A stretch of 64,000 nt of DNA from Mizuhopecten yessoensis (taxonomy: Eukaryota): NCBI RefSeq assembly GCF_002113885.1, contig NW_018480051.1, positions 306,961 through 370,960 of the forward strand. The letters are read 5' to 3'. Every line of letters begins with the position of its first letter. The stretch's first letter is position 1. The notes under the pieces were generated by a model. It saw only the letters and a program-made list of their open reading frames with translations. It did no database searches and was not told the DNA's origin. Shown here in pieces: positions 48,096 through 61,117 of the stretch. Position numbers and translations under genes: made by a program.

Positions 48096-49120
48096 GAACT
48101 CGACTATATTTGTTCGTTCTTATAATCAAACAGGGTCGATGAAAGATGAGGATAAGGAGGAGCGCAATGACCAGCATGAGCAGGTGTGCAATGACCAGGT
48201 GGATGAGGTGTGTAATTACCAGGATGACGAGGAGTGTAATAACCAATATGATGAGGAGTGCAAAGACCAGGATTAGCAAGAGTGTTATGACCAGGACGAT
48301 AAGGAGTCCAACGACCAAGATGATGAGAAATGTAATGAAAAGGATGAGGATTTGTTCAATGACCAGGATAACAAGGAGTGCAAAAACCAGGAGGCGAAAT
48401 ATGTTGGTGACCAACCCCTATTTTATGACAGTTGGGACTCTGATATCATCCCACCTACACCGCCGAAAGCAAGGGTTAGCGTTAGCCAAAAGCAAACAAG
48501 AAATCAATTGCAAACAGGACAACGGAATAGATAGATTGCGACATATGCAGAAAAGCTCAGAGTAACATTTGGCGACACATGCGCGGAGTTCACCATTTAA
48601 AAGTGGGAAAAGCAAAGGTTTTGAAGACAAAGAGTGGATATATCGTCTATGTGTGTTCAATCAAGGGGTGCGACAAACCAACAGCAAGACTTAGAGACCA
48701 CTTCATAAACGAGCACGGCATTCAGAAAGAAGGAAGAAGGAGCCTGAAGACCTTTGCATCTACTTTGCCGGATGACTACTGTGGAGACGATAAACCGACT
48801 GAAAGACAGAGAAGCAGGAAGAAGAGAGATATATGGCCACCGACAAACCAGCCATCGTGTATGGAGATTTTAGTGGATTCATCTGTTGAAGTTACTGCAT
48901 CCAGACCTACACAGGAGAAAGTGATGTCAAAACCTGCTCAAAAGGATGATATGACCGAAGCTGCCATGAAAGAAAGAGAGACGCAGAATACAGCGATTTC
49001 AAAACCTGCTCAAAAGGATAATACGACTGCTACTGCCATGAAAGAAGGAGAGAGCAAAGAGTCGGAAGAATCAGACGAAACAGACGACGAGTCAAACGGT
49101 GAGGTGAAAGACGTAAAAGA

Positions 49121-49660
49121 AACAAGAGGCCCAAGGGCCTTAGCGTTCACCTAAGTTATATCATAGGTACTGGTAGCTTTATTTTATTGTTCAGATGTGA
49201 TGTGGAAATCAGCATGTAAACTAAGTGAAATACGATACTAATGTCATGTCATCAAAGAATAAGAATTCGAAAATATTGGTAAATGTCCCTTTGGGGCTCC
49301 GCCCTAGCCCCTGGAGATCGGGCAGGAATCCTAATTTTACAATGTAATACCCTCATTCATCAAAGATAATTCTCACCAAGTAAAAATAATTTCCTGCAGA
49401 AAGATGTCAAAATATACCCAAAAGTGTTATTTCCCTATATAAACTATAGTAAACTTTACCCCCAGTTTTGAAATATTGGTTAATTTTCCCTTAAGGGCCC
49501 CGCCCTGGCTCCAGGGGTACGAATCGCAATTTAACAATTTTGTAGCCTCATCTAACAAGGATGATTCTGACTAAGTTTGAAAAAATCCATCCACTGGTTC
49601 TTGAGAAGAAGTTGAAAATGTAAAAAGTTTACGCACGATGGACGACGGACGGAAAGCGAT
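49121..49660 (-). mobile_element. HINE-like insertion in the recombinase-like gene
   Basis: aacaagaggcccaagggcc end, GC-rich satellite monomers, gagaagaagttgaaaatgtaaaaagtttac..gacgacggacg. Confidence 0.7.
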
Positions 49661-50289
49661 AATACGAGTCGATGAACTGCGTGCGTTTTGTGGTTATCTG
49701 CAAAGAGGTGAACATCTGAAGTCTGCAAGAACCGCATTTCAACACTCCCGCCAGGTCTGTGTTATAATTCTGTTCATGGTATTGATCGTTGCCAAGAACC
49801 TCATTGGAAACGCAAGTAAAGTTCACACAGCAATGTCCCGGACCAAGAGAGGTGTACGCAACCTGAAGAAGAAGGCTTCGCAACGCAGTACTGAACTGGT
49901 TGTCGAAGACATTTACAGGATGCCATCAACAGAAGAAGTGGCTACATTATTTACATCAACTATCGTGAAAGGCATAGATGATCAGCTCAAGGATGACTTC
50001 TTCACAGTTCCTGATAAGAACATCTTCAAGAACATGATAGGTTATTTCATTATCAGGGTCCACCTTTCAAATGGCGAGAGGTGCGGAGCTATACTTTGTA
50101 TCACAGAGAAAGTCGTTAAGTCTCCAATAGTTCGGCCTGACGGAGTAATACAACAGGTAGCCAACTATTTTGGTTACGGTTAGATCATAATTCAACCGCA
50201 TTAGTTTCGTTGCCACAGCAATAACATTGAGGCTTCCGATTGGTCGAAATTTAGATATTGTTCGATTTTGATGAAAATTGGTTTCATTG

Positions 50290-51210
50290 CGTTTATACAA
50301 AATTGGTTTCTTTTTACACAAGGATGCTCCACACCAAATATGGACCAAATCCTTTCATTCCTTCAGAAGAAGGATTTTAACGAATTTGCTATGTTTCCCC
50401 TTTTGGGCCCCGTCCCTCAGCCCCCAGGGGGGCCAGACTTACCATTTATACAAATTTTGTTCCCCCCTTCCACAAGGATGCCTCTGACCAAATATGGACC
50501 AAATTCTTTCATTCCTACAGAAGAAGAAGGATTTAAAAAAAAATTTGTTATATTCCCCCTATTGGGCCCCGCCTTTCAAGCCCCTGTGGGGGCCAGGACC
50601 ACTGTTTATACAAAATTGGTTCCCCTTAACACAAGGATGCTCCACACCAAATATGGACAAAATCCTTTTATTCCTACAGAAGAAGATGGATTTTAAAGAA
50701 TAGTTTGCTATGTTTCCCCTATTTGGCCCGGCCTCTCAAGCCCCTGGGGGCCACACCCACGGTTTATACAAAATTGGTTCCTCTTCACCCAAGGATGCCT
50801 CATACCAGATATGGACCAAATCCTTTCATTCCTACAGAAAAAGGATTTTAAAGATTTGTTTGTTTGTTTGTTTGATTTTGTTTAACGTCCTATTAACAGC
50901 TAAGGTCATTTAAGGACGGCCTCCCCTGTGTGCAAGATGAATAATTTGCTATGTTTCCCCTATTTGGCCCGGCCTCTCAGGCCCCTGGGGGCCACCCCCA
51001 CGGTTAATACAAAATTGGTTCCCCTTCACCCAAGGATGCCTCAGACCACATATGAAACAAATCCTTTCATTCCTACAGAAGAAGGATTTTAGAGAATTTG
51101 CTATATTCCCCCTATTTGGCCCCGCCCCTCAGCCTCTAAAGAGAGGCCAGACCCACCCTTTATACAACATTTGTTCCCTTTTCCCCGAAGGATGCTTCTG
51201 ACCAAATTGA
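50290..51210. repeat. ~155-bp HINE-core-type satellite, ~6 copies, with a SINE fragment at 50855-50939
   Basis: tttatacaaa...caaggatgc...ccaaatatggaccaaatcctttcattcctacagaag at ~50292, 50445, 50605 and 50763. Confidence 0.85.
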
Positions 51211-51285
51211 TTCTTTTTTCAAACGCAATCATGCTATTTAACAAAGATTCATAATTTTTGTACATGTATATATTTTTACCCCCAG

Positions 51286-54200
51286 GGGAATCATTAAAGA
51301 CCAGCTTTTTGACAAGATGGTTGCTCTGACTGCTACAACTTGGATGGCCGGCTTGCAGTTAGGTTCAAATGCAACAACACTCCATCACTGGTCTGAAATT
51401 ATAGATGGGAGATACAGCCATGAAAAGTTACAAGAATTTTTTGACAATGATGACAGATATGCTGATGCCAAAGGGAGAATACTCGCCAGAGGTTTTGATC
51501 ATAGATGATATTAGTATGCTGTCAGCAAAAGTGTTCCAGATGGTCGAGTTTGTGTGTCGACAGGTGAAACAGACAAATCGTGTTTTTGGTGGTATTCAGG
51601 TAATTATTTTGATTAGTACAAAATATAGACTAATCACACAGACTGAAGGACAGAAAGGTATATGGAACAGACATACAGACAGGTTGATAGAGTAAACAGA
51701 CAGAAGGGCAAACAGGTTGATAGAGTAAACAGATGGAAGGACAGACATGTATATAGAACAGACAGACTAGACAGACATTATAACACTTAAATGTGGAGCC
51801 ACATAACTATGTAATTTGCTGTATCTTGCCCTGAAGTCTTATATACTTTTTATTGGAAATATAATGCACACTTATAATATTAATTGTAAAAATTCAAACA
51901 TTGATTAAATTCTTATATGTAATATTTATCCTTTTTTTTAAAGTTGATTGCATCTGGAGACTTTAAGCAGCTGCCACCAGTTCCAAATTACAGACTTCAG
52001 GATGATGGAAAGTACTGCTTTGAAAGCCACATATTTGACAAGACATTTCCTCACCATGTGAACTTAATCAAAGTAAGTTATATTTATATATTTTTATATA
52101 TAATTCTACTCTTGCTTTGATAGACATGGGCATAAATGTTTGTCTGGTCCACCATTCACTTTCCTACATTTGCAAATTTGTTCATTCATCCATGAAGGGA
52201 GATTCAGAGATTTCAAATGTTGTATTCATGTTGTATATGGATATTTGTGGCAGAGTAGTAGCCTAAATGAAAGGGATAATTCATTCCTGATTTTGGTGTC
52301 AATATTGAAATGCAAATTATAATATATATAATTTCAGTGAATTTCCAAAGAGCAAATATGTTAAGAGAATGAGTAATGTCCTTGTATGAAATGAAAATAA
52401 ATGTACATTTACCTTTTTACTTAGGTTATGCGACAACACGAGGATGATTTGATATCAGCAGTGAGCGAGCTGTGTAATTGAGCACCTTCATTCACAGTAG
52501 ACATTACAGTTAATGAAAACTCTTAACAGGCCGATACAAAACATAAATGAAGGTGACGAAGTGATTCGACTATATGGAAGCAATTTTGATGCTAGCTTTA
52601 TCAATCACATATGCTAGATGAGATGGAAGGAGAATCACAGGTGTACAAGGCCCAAGATGAAGGTTTGTACATTTAAATTTTGTGAGACTATGTGCTGTAT
52701 ATTGAATTACACCATAAAGTTGTAACCTTTAGATGGTCATCAGTCAAGGTCGCACTTGATCACTTAACTGGTACATCAAATGGCCAACTGGTAACTTTAG
52801 AATTCAAGATGGCCACCATGCATGGCATCTGTTTGGCTGTGAAAATAACAGTTATAACCGAAGTTCTAACTTTGTTGATATTTTGTGGAAGTGATACATG
52901 GTGATGTGTATTTTATATAACACAGACTTACGCTTGTAAATGTCAGGATTCAAGTTGGCGGCTATGGCCACTGAATGGCACTGATTGCCTGATACATTAA
53001 CATCAATAGTAGAGTGGGGTATTCATTGGCTTACAGTTCTGGTTTTCTTTATATGATCTTGAACAGTACATTTTATGCAAATAATAGTATATATACATTA
53101 TTGTATGAGAAAGATTTTAAGATTAATTTTGTATGCAATATGATCAATTCTGGTGAACAATGTAGAAGAAAGTCATTACTATATTCAATAACATAATATT
53201 TAATGTATATAACAAGAGGCCAAAGTGGACTGTATCAATTAACCATGTATTTGATTGTGGTTTAAGAAAAGTATCATTTTACTTGCAGGTGCCTTGAAGT
53301 TGTTACGAGGAAACACTGTGCCAAAAACATTGATTTTGAAGCAGGGAGCACCATTTATCCTCATAAAAAAACATTGTAAATGGACTGTACAATGGAATGC
53401 GAGGAAATGTCCACAAACTCTCCAAGGGACAGCTGCCTGTAGTAAATTTTAGTGGTAGACTTTTAACATTGTCAGTTGTGAAGTTTGAAACATATGATAC
53501 TCGGCAACAAAAAACATTAGCGTCGAGATCACAGATACCACTCACACTTGCATTTGCCTTGACAGTGCATAGGGCTCAGGGACAGACCATCAGGAATGTT
53601 GAGGTCGATTGTTATTCGTTAGTTGCACCAGGACAAATGGGAGTGGCCATAGGCAGAGCTGAGAGTAAGGCATGATTATGCATAAGGAACTATACCCAGA
53701 ATATGTTTATGATTTTTATTCTACACCATTTCAAGATCCAAAGGATGAATTGTCTTGCTATAAAGCAAACCTTACTACTTCAGTTGAAAATGTGTCACAA
53801 CACTACCAGGAACCTCAGCAAGGTTCATCTCGAGCAACTGATGAAGACAATGAATCAACAACATTTTTGACACCAGATGAAGCTGAATTTTCAGACATTC
53901 AAATTGTTGATTCTCCATGGTCTACGCAAGAGTTTCTGAGTGACTTCTCCAACTTCACATCACTCCTGTCGTCATTAGAACCTAACAACATGGAGACACA
54001 CATACAATTATGTACTCAGTTGTTGAAAGCATCACGAAAAGTCAACTGAAGACTTCATAAAACTGGACTATAGCGTATGAGAAACTAAACAAGTTTTTGA
54101 TCAGTGACATACACATCACTAAAGTGAAAAACCTCTTCAGAGTGGAGACGTTGTCAAAGCAGCAGAACAACTCTTCGACAAAGTTGGCCTTTTGGTTAAT

Positions 54201-57200
54201 GGACAAAACTATTGAATCCAGATCTCAGAAAGTTCTGGAAGAAAAAGAAGAAAAAATTGACCATCAGGATGAGTCTCCAAGTGTAAGTTCTGCTGGCAAG
54301 GCCAAAATCAGATACATAGCAGGTGCACGTGTCCACAAAATTGCTAAACGATTGCAAGAATCAGTGTCCAGAAAGTTAAGCCTGAGTAGACAAACAGAGC
54401 TAAATGATGCGACAGCTTGACTACAAGAAGCAGATGATAATGAAACAAATGAGTTTTTTCAGGCACAGCTGACAAATGAGAAATAAGTGACGTGATCGCG
54501 ACGATGGTGGCACGGAGCTCCACAAAGAATTTGATTTTTCTAATAATTATGTAGAGTTTCAAGAGTGTATTTTTGTTAATCAAGCACATCAAGGTGTATA
54601 TTTGCTGAGCGTCATAGAAGAACGAAGATTTGTTGCCCCGTTTGTGTGTATTTTACAAACAGAGAACGTTAAGTGACTGTACAGTGTAGTGAGTACTGTT
54701 TTCATTGTTTCGCACATTCAGATACAAATGGGTTCTAGTATGTGTTATGGCCGAAGAAAATGTATTAACGCCAAGCAATAACTTAAAAAGGAAACTCACT
54801 GAATCTATCAGTCCTGACTCTTTGAATTTTGAATCCCCTGTACCGATACGCAGACGATCTTCACTCCCCGACATACGATCTGAGGTTATCAACATGGCCG
54901 CCATTAGTACAAAAGTGTCTACTCCTATCCAACCAAGAGTGCTTACTAACCAGGGCCAGTTGATAAACCTTTCTCAACTTGTTCATGCTACAATAACTAG
55001 CACTTGTGTTATCGCAGGTCTTGTGCCAAGTCTAGCAACGGCCATTAGTCAACAGATTAGTACAGACATGGCTCCATTCACAGTCAAGATCCAACAGTTA
55101 ACTGATCAAGTAGCGACTGTCTCCAAAGAAAATGCTGAGAATTGCGAAAATGTATTCGATTACGAGATAGGTTACACAAAAAAATGTAAAAGAAGTTTGC
55201 GTGATATTGATATACCTTGTTTTAAAAGAGCTAGAAACCGAGTAAATAATATGTAAAGCATGCACAAGAATCATTGTATGCTAATATTGTAGTATCAGAT
55301 CCTATATCATATTGGAAACTGTTGAGGCGGTTAATTAAATCAGGCGGTAAATCTAATGAAACTTCACCATTAGTTGATCCACAAAATAGTAGAATTGTAT
55401 ATGATGATTTTGAAAAAGCTCCCTTCATCCTAGAACTAATTCTTCCTGTGCTTCCATACAATGGAACCATTCGGAAATAAAAGACGTTTTGGAAGTATTA
55501 ACATTAGGTAAAAGCTCCTGGTACAGATGGTATTAGTCACCATATGTTACGACACACTGCAAAAACTATATGTTAACCTCTTCAAATATTATTTGATATG
55601 TCATTGTCTAAATGTATAAACCAGACTTTGTGGAAGCAAGCTATAATAATGCCCTTGTAATAAAAAGATGATACACATTTACCTTCAAATTACAGACCTA
55701 TATCTTTACTATCAGCTGTAGGAAAAGTTTTTGAACCAGTAATTGTCAAACATATTCACAACTACCTTTTTGAAAACTCACTATTTTGTTCAAGAAAATC
55801 TGGGATTATGTCTAATCATTCCACTGTGCAACAGCTAATCGTAATCTATCAAAATATATGTTTAAATTTTGAGGAAAAGAAACATACTTCTATTATCTTT
55901 TGTGACATATCAAAGGCTTTTGATAGAGTTTGGCATAAGGGTCTGATTGAAAAGCTTAAAAGTGGTTAACTAATTATCTACAGGTCCGACAACAAAAAGT
56001 TTGTATTGGTGAATCATTTTCGAATAGTTAGTTATTAAAAGCTGGGGTATCTCAAGGCTCGGTGTTTGGCCCCGATTTTATTTCTAATCTATGTCAATGA
56101 TATTTCCGAAAATTTAATTAGCGTATCTAGACTTTTTGCTGATGATACTTCTTTAATATTTGGTTCTAACAACTGCAACGAAATGAAATGAGTAATGAAT
56201 CAAGTGCATGGTCTAAGCAATGGTTAGTTAAATAAAAGTTCTAATAAAACAGATGTTCTATTCATCTCAAATATTTAAAAAAAATCAAGATCTGGAGCTA
56301 TTGTTTGGCGACACCATTTTATTTTTCTGAAAACCAAAAGCATTTAGAGGTAACTTTCAGTGCAAATGGTAAATGGGGTGATCATGTCGAAAATATTTAT
56401 AAAAGTTCTTCAAAACGGATAAATGCTTTAAGACAATTAAAATTTCTGGTTAATAGGAAAGTTCTTAGTAAAGTATATACATGTTTCATTCTACCTATAA
56501 TGGAATATGCCTGTGAACTCTGGAGTGGTTTATCTAAATTCCATATTGATTTGTTAGAAAAACTTCAACTCGAAGCAGCTAAAATAGTAACTGGGTTGCC
56601 AGTATATGCAAGTTCTCAATCTTTGTATTTTGAAACGGGATGGAACACTTTGAATACCAGAAGAGAACGAAGAAAGCTAACTTTGTTTTACAAAATGCAC
56701 AATAAACTAACACCATCATATTTTTATACATTACTTCCAGGTTTAGTATGTGATAGAACTCCATATACCCTTAGAAATAACAATAACTATATCATGCATA
56801 ACTATATTCTGTCCAATACTAGATCATCATATTTTCCAGCAACTACAAAAAATTGCAATAACTTGAAACCACTAGAAATCAAACTACAGTTAGTAAATTC
56901 AAAACTGCCATAACTCCGGAACATCATAATACCTTAATATCTTATTAACTAGACTTAGACACAATTGTAGCCAACTGAATTATGATCTCTTTCGTGTGAA
57001 ACTTGTAGAATCTCCTTTTTGTGCCTGTGGTCACCCCTGTGAAAACTCATACCATTATTTTTTTCGAATGTCCAATGAACAGGAACATTAGACATGACAT
57101 GTTAAATAAGTTGAAACCATATCATCATGTGCACATAGAGTTACTATTGTTGAAATGTTGAATTATCAAATGTTAACAATGAGCGAATTTTTGAAATTGT

Positions 57201-57619
57201 TCAGACTTTTATTTATTCAAGTGACCGTTTCTAAACAAAAACATTGTATGAAGGTATATGTATCTAATCTGTCATAATATCTTCTCTCCTAAACCTCTCA
57301 TTCTGCTCTGTAGGTCTATAGAATAATACATAGTGTTACTGGTTCAGCAAATTGTATATATATTTTTTTTCTTTACAAATTTGAATAACTCCGCTGCATG
57401 GCACTTTGATATGTTACCTAGAAGGAACAGGAATGAATAGCTTGTGCCCAATCCATTTTATTATATCAATAAAATATGTTTAAATCAAGCTGACAAATGA
57501 ACATTTCCATTTACACTATCACAACATCCACATCAGATCTGTAATTGACGAAAACAGTGTACTTCTCGAAAAATGGATCGGCTTATTTAGCTCCATTGAT
57601 GATAATGAAATTGAGGATG
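51286..57619 (+). pseudogene. Spliced PIF1-family (SF1B) helicase with long C-terminal extension; exons 51286-51599, 51944-52072, 52425-52663, 53289-54479 + 57501-57619
   Basis: VALTATT..ATTLHHW, LIIDDISML, FGGIQ, SGDFKQLPP, VMRQ, NGMRG, RSQIPLTLAFALTVHRAQGQTI, GQMGVAIGRA. Frameshifts and stops present; the Walker A exon is absent. Confidence 0.85.
54480..57487 (+). mobile_element. CR1-type LINE, internally deleted, with 13-bp TSD
   Basis: TSD agctgacaaatga at 54467-54479 and 57488-57500; ORF1-like start; RT motifs CDISKAFDRVWH, GVSQGS, LFADD; C-terminal CACG..HYFF; tail aataaaatatgtttaaa. Confidence 0.9.
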
Positions 57620-57779
57620 CAATACCTGAAATCAGAAGGTCAAAAGTCAGAAACAAGGGAGGTTAATTCCGTCAAAATGACGTCACACTCAATATACACA
57701 CCTATTGGAAACAGGGGGAGATAATTCAGTCGGTAACACAAAAATTGATGACGTCACACGCAAAAAAACACATGATGAA

Positions 57780-57890
57780 GTGACGTAGATCTACGGACGT
57801 AGGTAAAGGGGGTTGCTAAGCCGCCATCTTGGATCAAAGATGGCGGAATTCCTTAGCAATACCCCCCCTCCCCCCGTAGATCTACGTCAC
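57780..57890. other. Nested GC-rich palindrome/cruciform
   Basis: gtgacgtagatctacgg / ccgtagatctacgtcac outer arms; ttgctaag / cttagcaa and ccgccatctt / aagatggcgg inner arms. Confidence 0.9.
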
Positions 57891-58099
57891 ATTATCATAC
57901 ACTAAACATTTCAGCGCATGTGAGGTCACAACAAATTCCAAATTCCAATATGCTTCATCACTTTGCGTGATTGATAAAGGTTTTTTTACCAATCAATTTT
58001 AAGATCAACTGATATTTCTTTGTCACTTTTTTTTAATTTGTTCTTATACATTTTATCATCGTACTTTCGTTTTTGTGAAAGTCGCCATCATATCTTCGC

Positions 58100-59380
58100 A
58101 AAATCTCGTAAATGTAAATGCACTGACTAAAAGTGGCATAGATTGCTCAAATGAACGAGATAGTGTTTGTCCGAAGTGCTACATAAGATATCTGCGCAAA
58201 AGATAATCTGAAAAAGAACGTTTTGAAGATGAAACTACTGCAAGTTTCACTCTCTTAACGATCAAGGACCTGTTTTACGGGTCCTGTTCACATACAAAAC
58301 GTTATCTTTGTTTTAACAATTTTAATTCGACGAAAAGCAAATCCACATCAAAATCCATTCATACTTTGTCATTTTTCTTTCATCTTCAGTCTAGATTAAA
58401 CTACACAAAATGCTCTTTTACTGTTTTGGTTTATGATGAAAACTAATATCTCTTTGTATTTACGTGTTCCGCTCTTTTTGCCTGGTATTTCAAAAACCTT
58501 TAATTCTGTAGTACAAGCATTAAATAAATATATAGTTCCAGTGTTCCATGGTCCTTACCATTTGAGTAGGGGACATACACTTTTACAAATACTTTATACT
58601 ATGAAACATTCTTTGGGGACAAAGTGATTGCCTTAATAGATGGTACATATATTTATATTAAAAAAGTGCTGACCATAAGCTTCAGAGAATGTCTTACGGT
58701 GGCCAGAAGGAGCGTAATTATCTAGAATTCATGAGCAAAGCTCTATCCGATGGCTACATTTAAGACACAGTAGGACCATTCTCTGGAAGGTTAAGTGATA
58801 CAAGCATTACAAAAAACATCATGGACAAGCTCACATGGTTGGAGCAAGACGACAATGTAGTCGTTGATTGTGCTTTTAGAGATGTCCTGCCAATGTTAGA
58901 GGCATCTGGTAATAATACCAACACGCCCTCATATCATAAGACTGGTCAGAGGTAACACTGGTCAGAGGCTAGCATTTACAGAACAGTTACTAAATCCCGA
59001 TGGATTGTATCATGGTCGTCTTAAGCATTGGATAATTTTAGAAATTAATTAATTTCAAATTGCTTCATTGATAAAATTAAGAAAGTGCTAAAGATTGTGA
59101 CTGCATGTCTCAACTGGATACGGGTCCCGATTTATCAAAGATCATCGAAAACTGACACAAAAGACAGATACCTTGCACATCAAATGAAGTTTCCACTTAC
59201 AAAAAACAAAATGTTTGGCTCAGAGGGTGAAAACAACTAGCTCTCTCCAAGAGAGCAAAGTCAGAATTCGTAAAGATTATGAAATATGGATGTAACACCA
59301 CTCTCAAGACCTCATCCGTTGTCGGATTTGTTCCAGACACAAAAACCAGACTAAATATAATGTTTGGATTCAGAACACGA
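58100..59380 (+). pseudogene. Decayed DDE_Tnp_4-type transposase (PIF/Harbinger-ISL2EU clan)
   Basis: IDGTYIYIKKSADHKLQRMSY..SDGYI*DTVGP; VVVDCAFRDV; RTVTKSRWIV. Confidence 0.7.
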
Positions 59381-61117
59381 CACCAAATGATAATAATCAA
59401 ATAAAAGATTACTACTGTCAATGCCAAGTAAAAGTAGAAGCCCTGATGATGCATTAATGCATCACCGGGTCTGGGCCGAATGCTGCATTAGAGGAGATCG
59501 GGGTAATATCGGACATCCAGGGTTCAGCGGACACTATTTTGTATCATCCAATACCTAAAATATCGGCGATTGTTGCTGTTCGTTTTTTATGTAAACTTTG
59601 CTCATTTGCCACCTGTTGACAAACCCGTGTTCACGACAAGTGATGATGTGTTCTGCTCCTAAGAATTCCCGAGAGGTATCGATACACATTCGGGTACTAC
59701 TTCCGTTTCCTGCACAGAAAAGAGCATCTGCATCTGACACACGACGTAAGTCAATCGATCGTTGTCTCGATATTGTGACTGGCACACTGATACAATTTGT
59801 AATACTGGTTCCAAAGCTCTCTAATGATAAATAAATCATTGTTCAGTTAAACGAACTTAATGAATTTTATTGTTATTTTAAAATCAGTATGTAATAAAAT
59901 TATTGTGTGAAACACTGGTGCATCATGTCACGGACACCGCAGAAATAACATTGAACGCACGGTGCCCTTATACACGCCAGCATTTATGACTGATTTTTTT
60001 CTATCAATCGAAATTAAGTTCTCAGATTATGAATATGAACTGATATGCATATTCTGGTGTTTTTTTGTTGATTATTTTTAGCAATTGATTAAAGATGATC
60101 GACTTCAAACGTAAATCGAAAGATGAATGATCTAAATATAGTAACAGTGATCATATGATCAACATTCGTTCAAGATGGCAGCGACAGACGTGTGTAGGTA
60201 AAGACGATCAGTATATATGTATATATATGAGAGTTTTGCAATTTTGAGGGTTTTAAACATGCAATTAATATTACCTATAGCTTTCTCATTTGTGTCATGT
60301 GATGTTATTGACCAATACAGTAGTTATTTACGTTGTTGTCATGGTAGTTGTTCGCGTTCTTTCAAAACCAAAAAATGTCGGAAACTGAAAGTTCGGACGA
60401 GGAAAACTTTCAAGGGATTTGATCCCAAAGAAGCCAAAGGCGCTGAACACAACTTTGCAGCTTTACTTCGACATCAAGGTATCGGGGTTGATTTGGTTAG
60501 TGGTTTAAGTGAAGTTGAAAGTGACAACGAAGATCCTGGCCCTTGGGGAGCAGCAGACAGCGATGTCAATGATGACGAACACCATTATGGCCAGAATGGA
60601 TGGCACGCTGGGTTTGATTATTTTGAGCGAGGCCTACCGCACCTAATTCTTTCGAGAGGGAACACAGGGCCAACAAGAACTATGACACCGGATATGGAGC
60701 CATTAGACTTTATATGTCCTTGTTTTTGGATGGTGATCTATTGGATCTGTTGATAGAGGAGACTGGACGGCATCCAAAACAGAACAGACTGCCACGGAAG
60801 GATTTGACCATGGAAGAATTATAAAGGCATTTCTTGGACTGTGTATGGTCATGGGAATCACAAGAAAACCTTCCACGAAATTGTATTGGTCGACTGACTT
60901 GTACTCGGAGACACCTTTCTATGCAAGGACAATGACTAGGGACCGCTTCACGACCATACTTAGGTACATACACTTTGCTGACAACAGTGTAGAACCTAGA
61001 CAACACAGTCCGACATATAATCCCTTGTACAAGATTAGGAGGCTGGTGAATCATCTGAATAGTTTGTTAGTACAGGAGTATGTCCCACACAGGCGTGTAA
61101 CAGTGGACGAGTACATG

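Larger units (their letters stand above)
46851..50156 (+). pseudogene. Acidic repeat + two C2H2 zinc fingers + tyrosine-recombinase-like domain, 3'-truncated
   Basis: CNDQDDEE 8-aa repeats; CDICRKAQSNIWRHMRGVH and CSIKGCDKPTARLRDHFINEH; LRAFCGYLQRGEHLKSARTAFQHSRQV (core-binding-like); YFIIRVHLSNGERCGAILCIT (box-I Arg-like). The HxxR and Tyr region is absent. Confidence 0.55.

Noticed and set aside
48073-48565. Hydrophobic (minus) and Met/Arg-rich (plus) ORFs
   Set aside because: Shadow frames of the acidic CNDQDDEE repeat.
50268-50913. 142-aa Pro/Gly ORF and neighbours
   Set aside because: Translations of the ~155-bp satellite.
57620-59561. caatacct(g/a)aaat as direct repeats flanking the ISL2EU-like transposase
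   Set aside because: Short, mismatched and AT-rich; chance or a minus-strand splice acceptor explains it.
59555-59839. Divergent accessory ORF upstream of piggyBac
   Set aside because: No recognisable motif, and the piggyBac left terminus could not be located, so linkage is unsupported.
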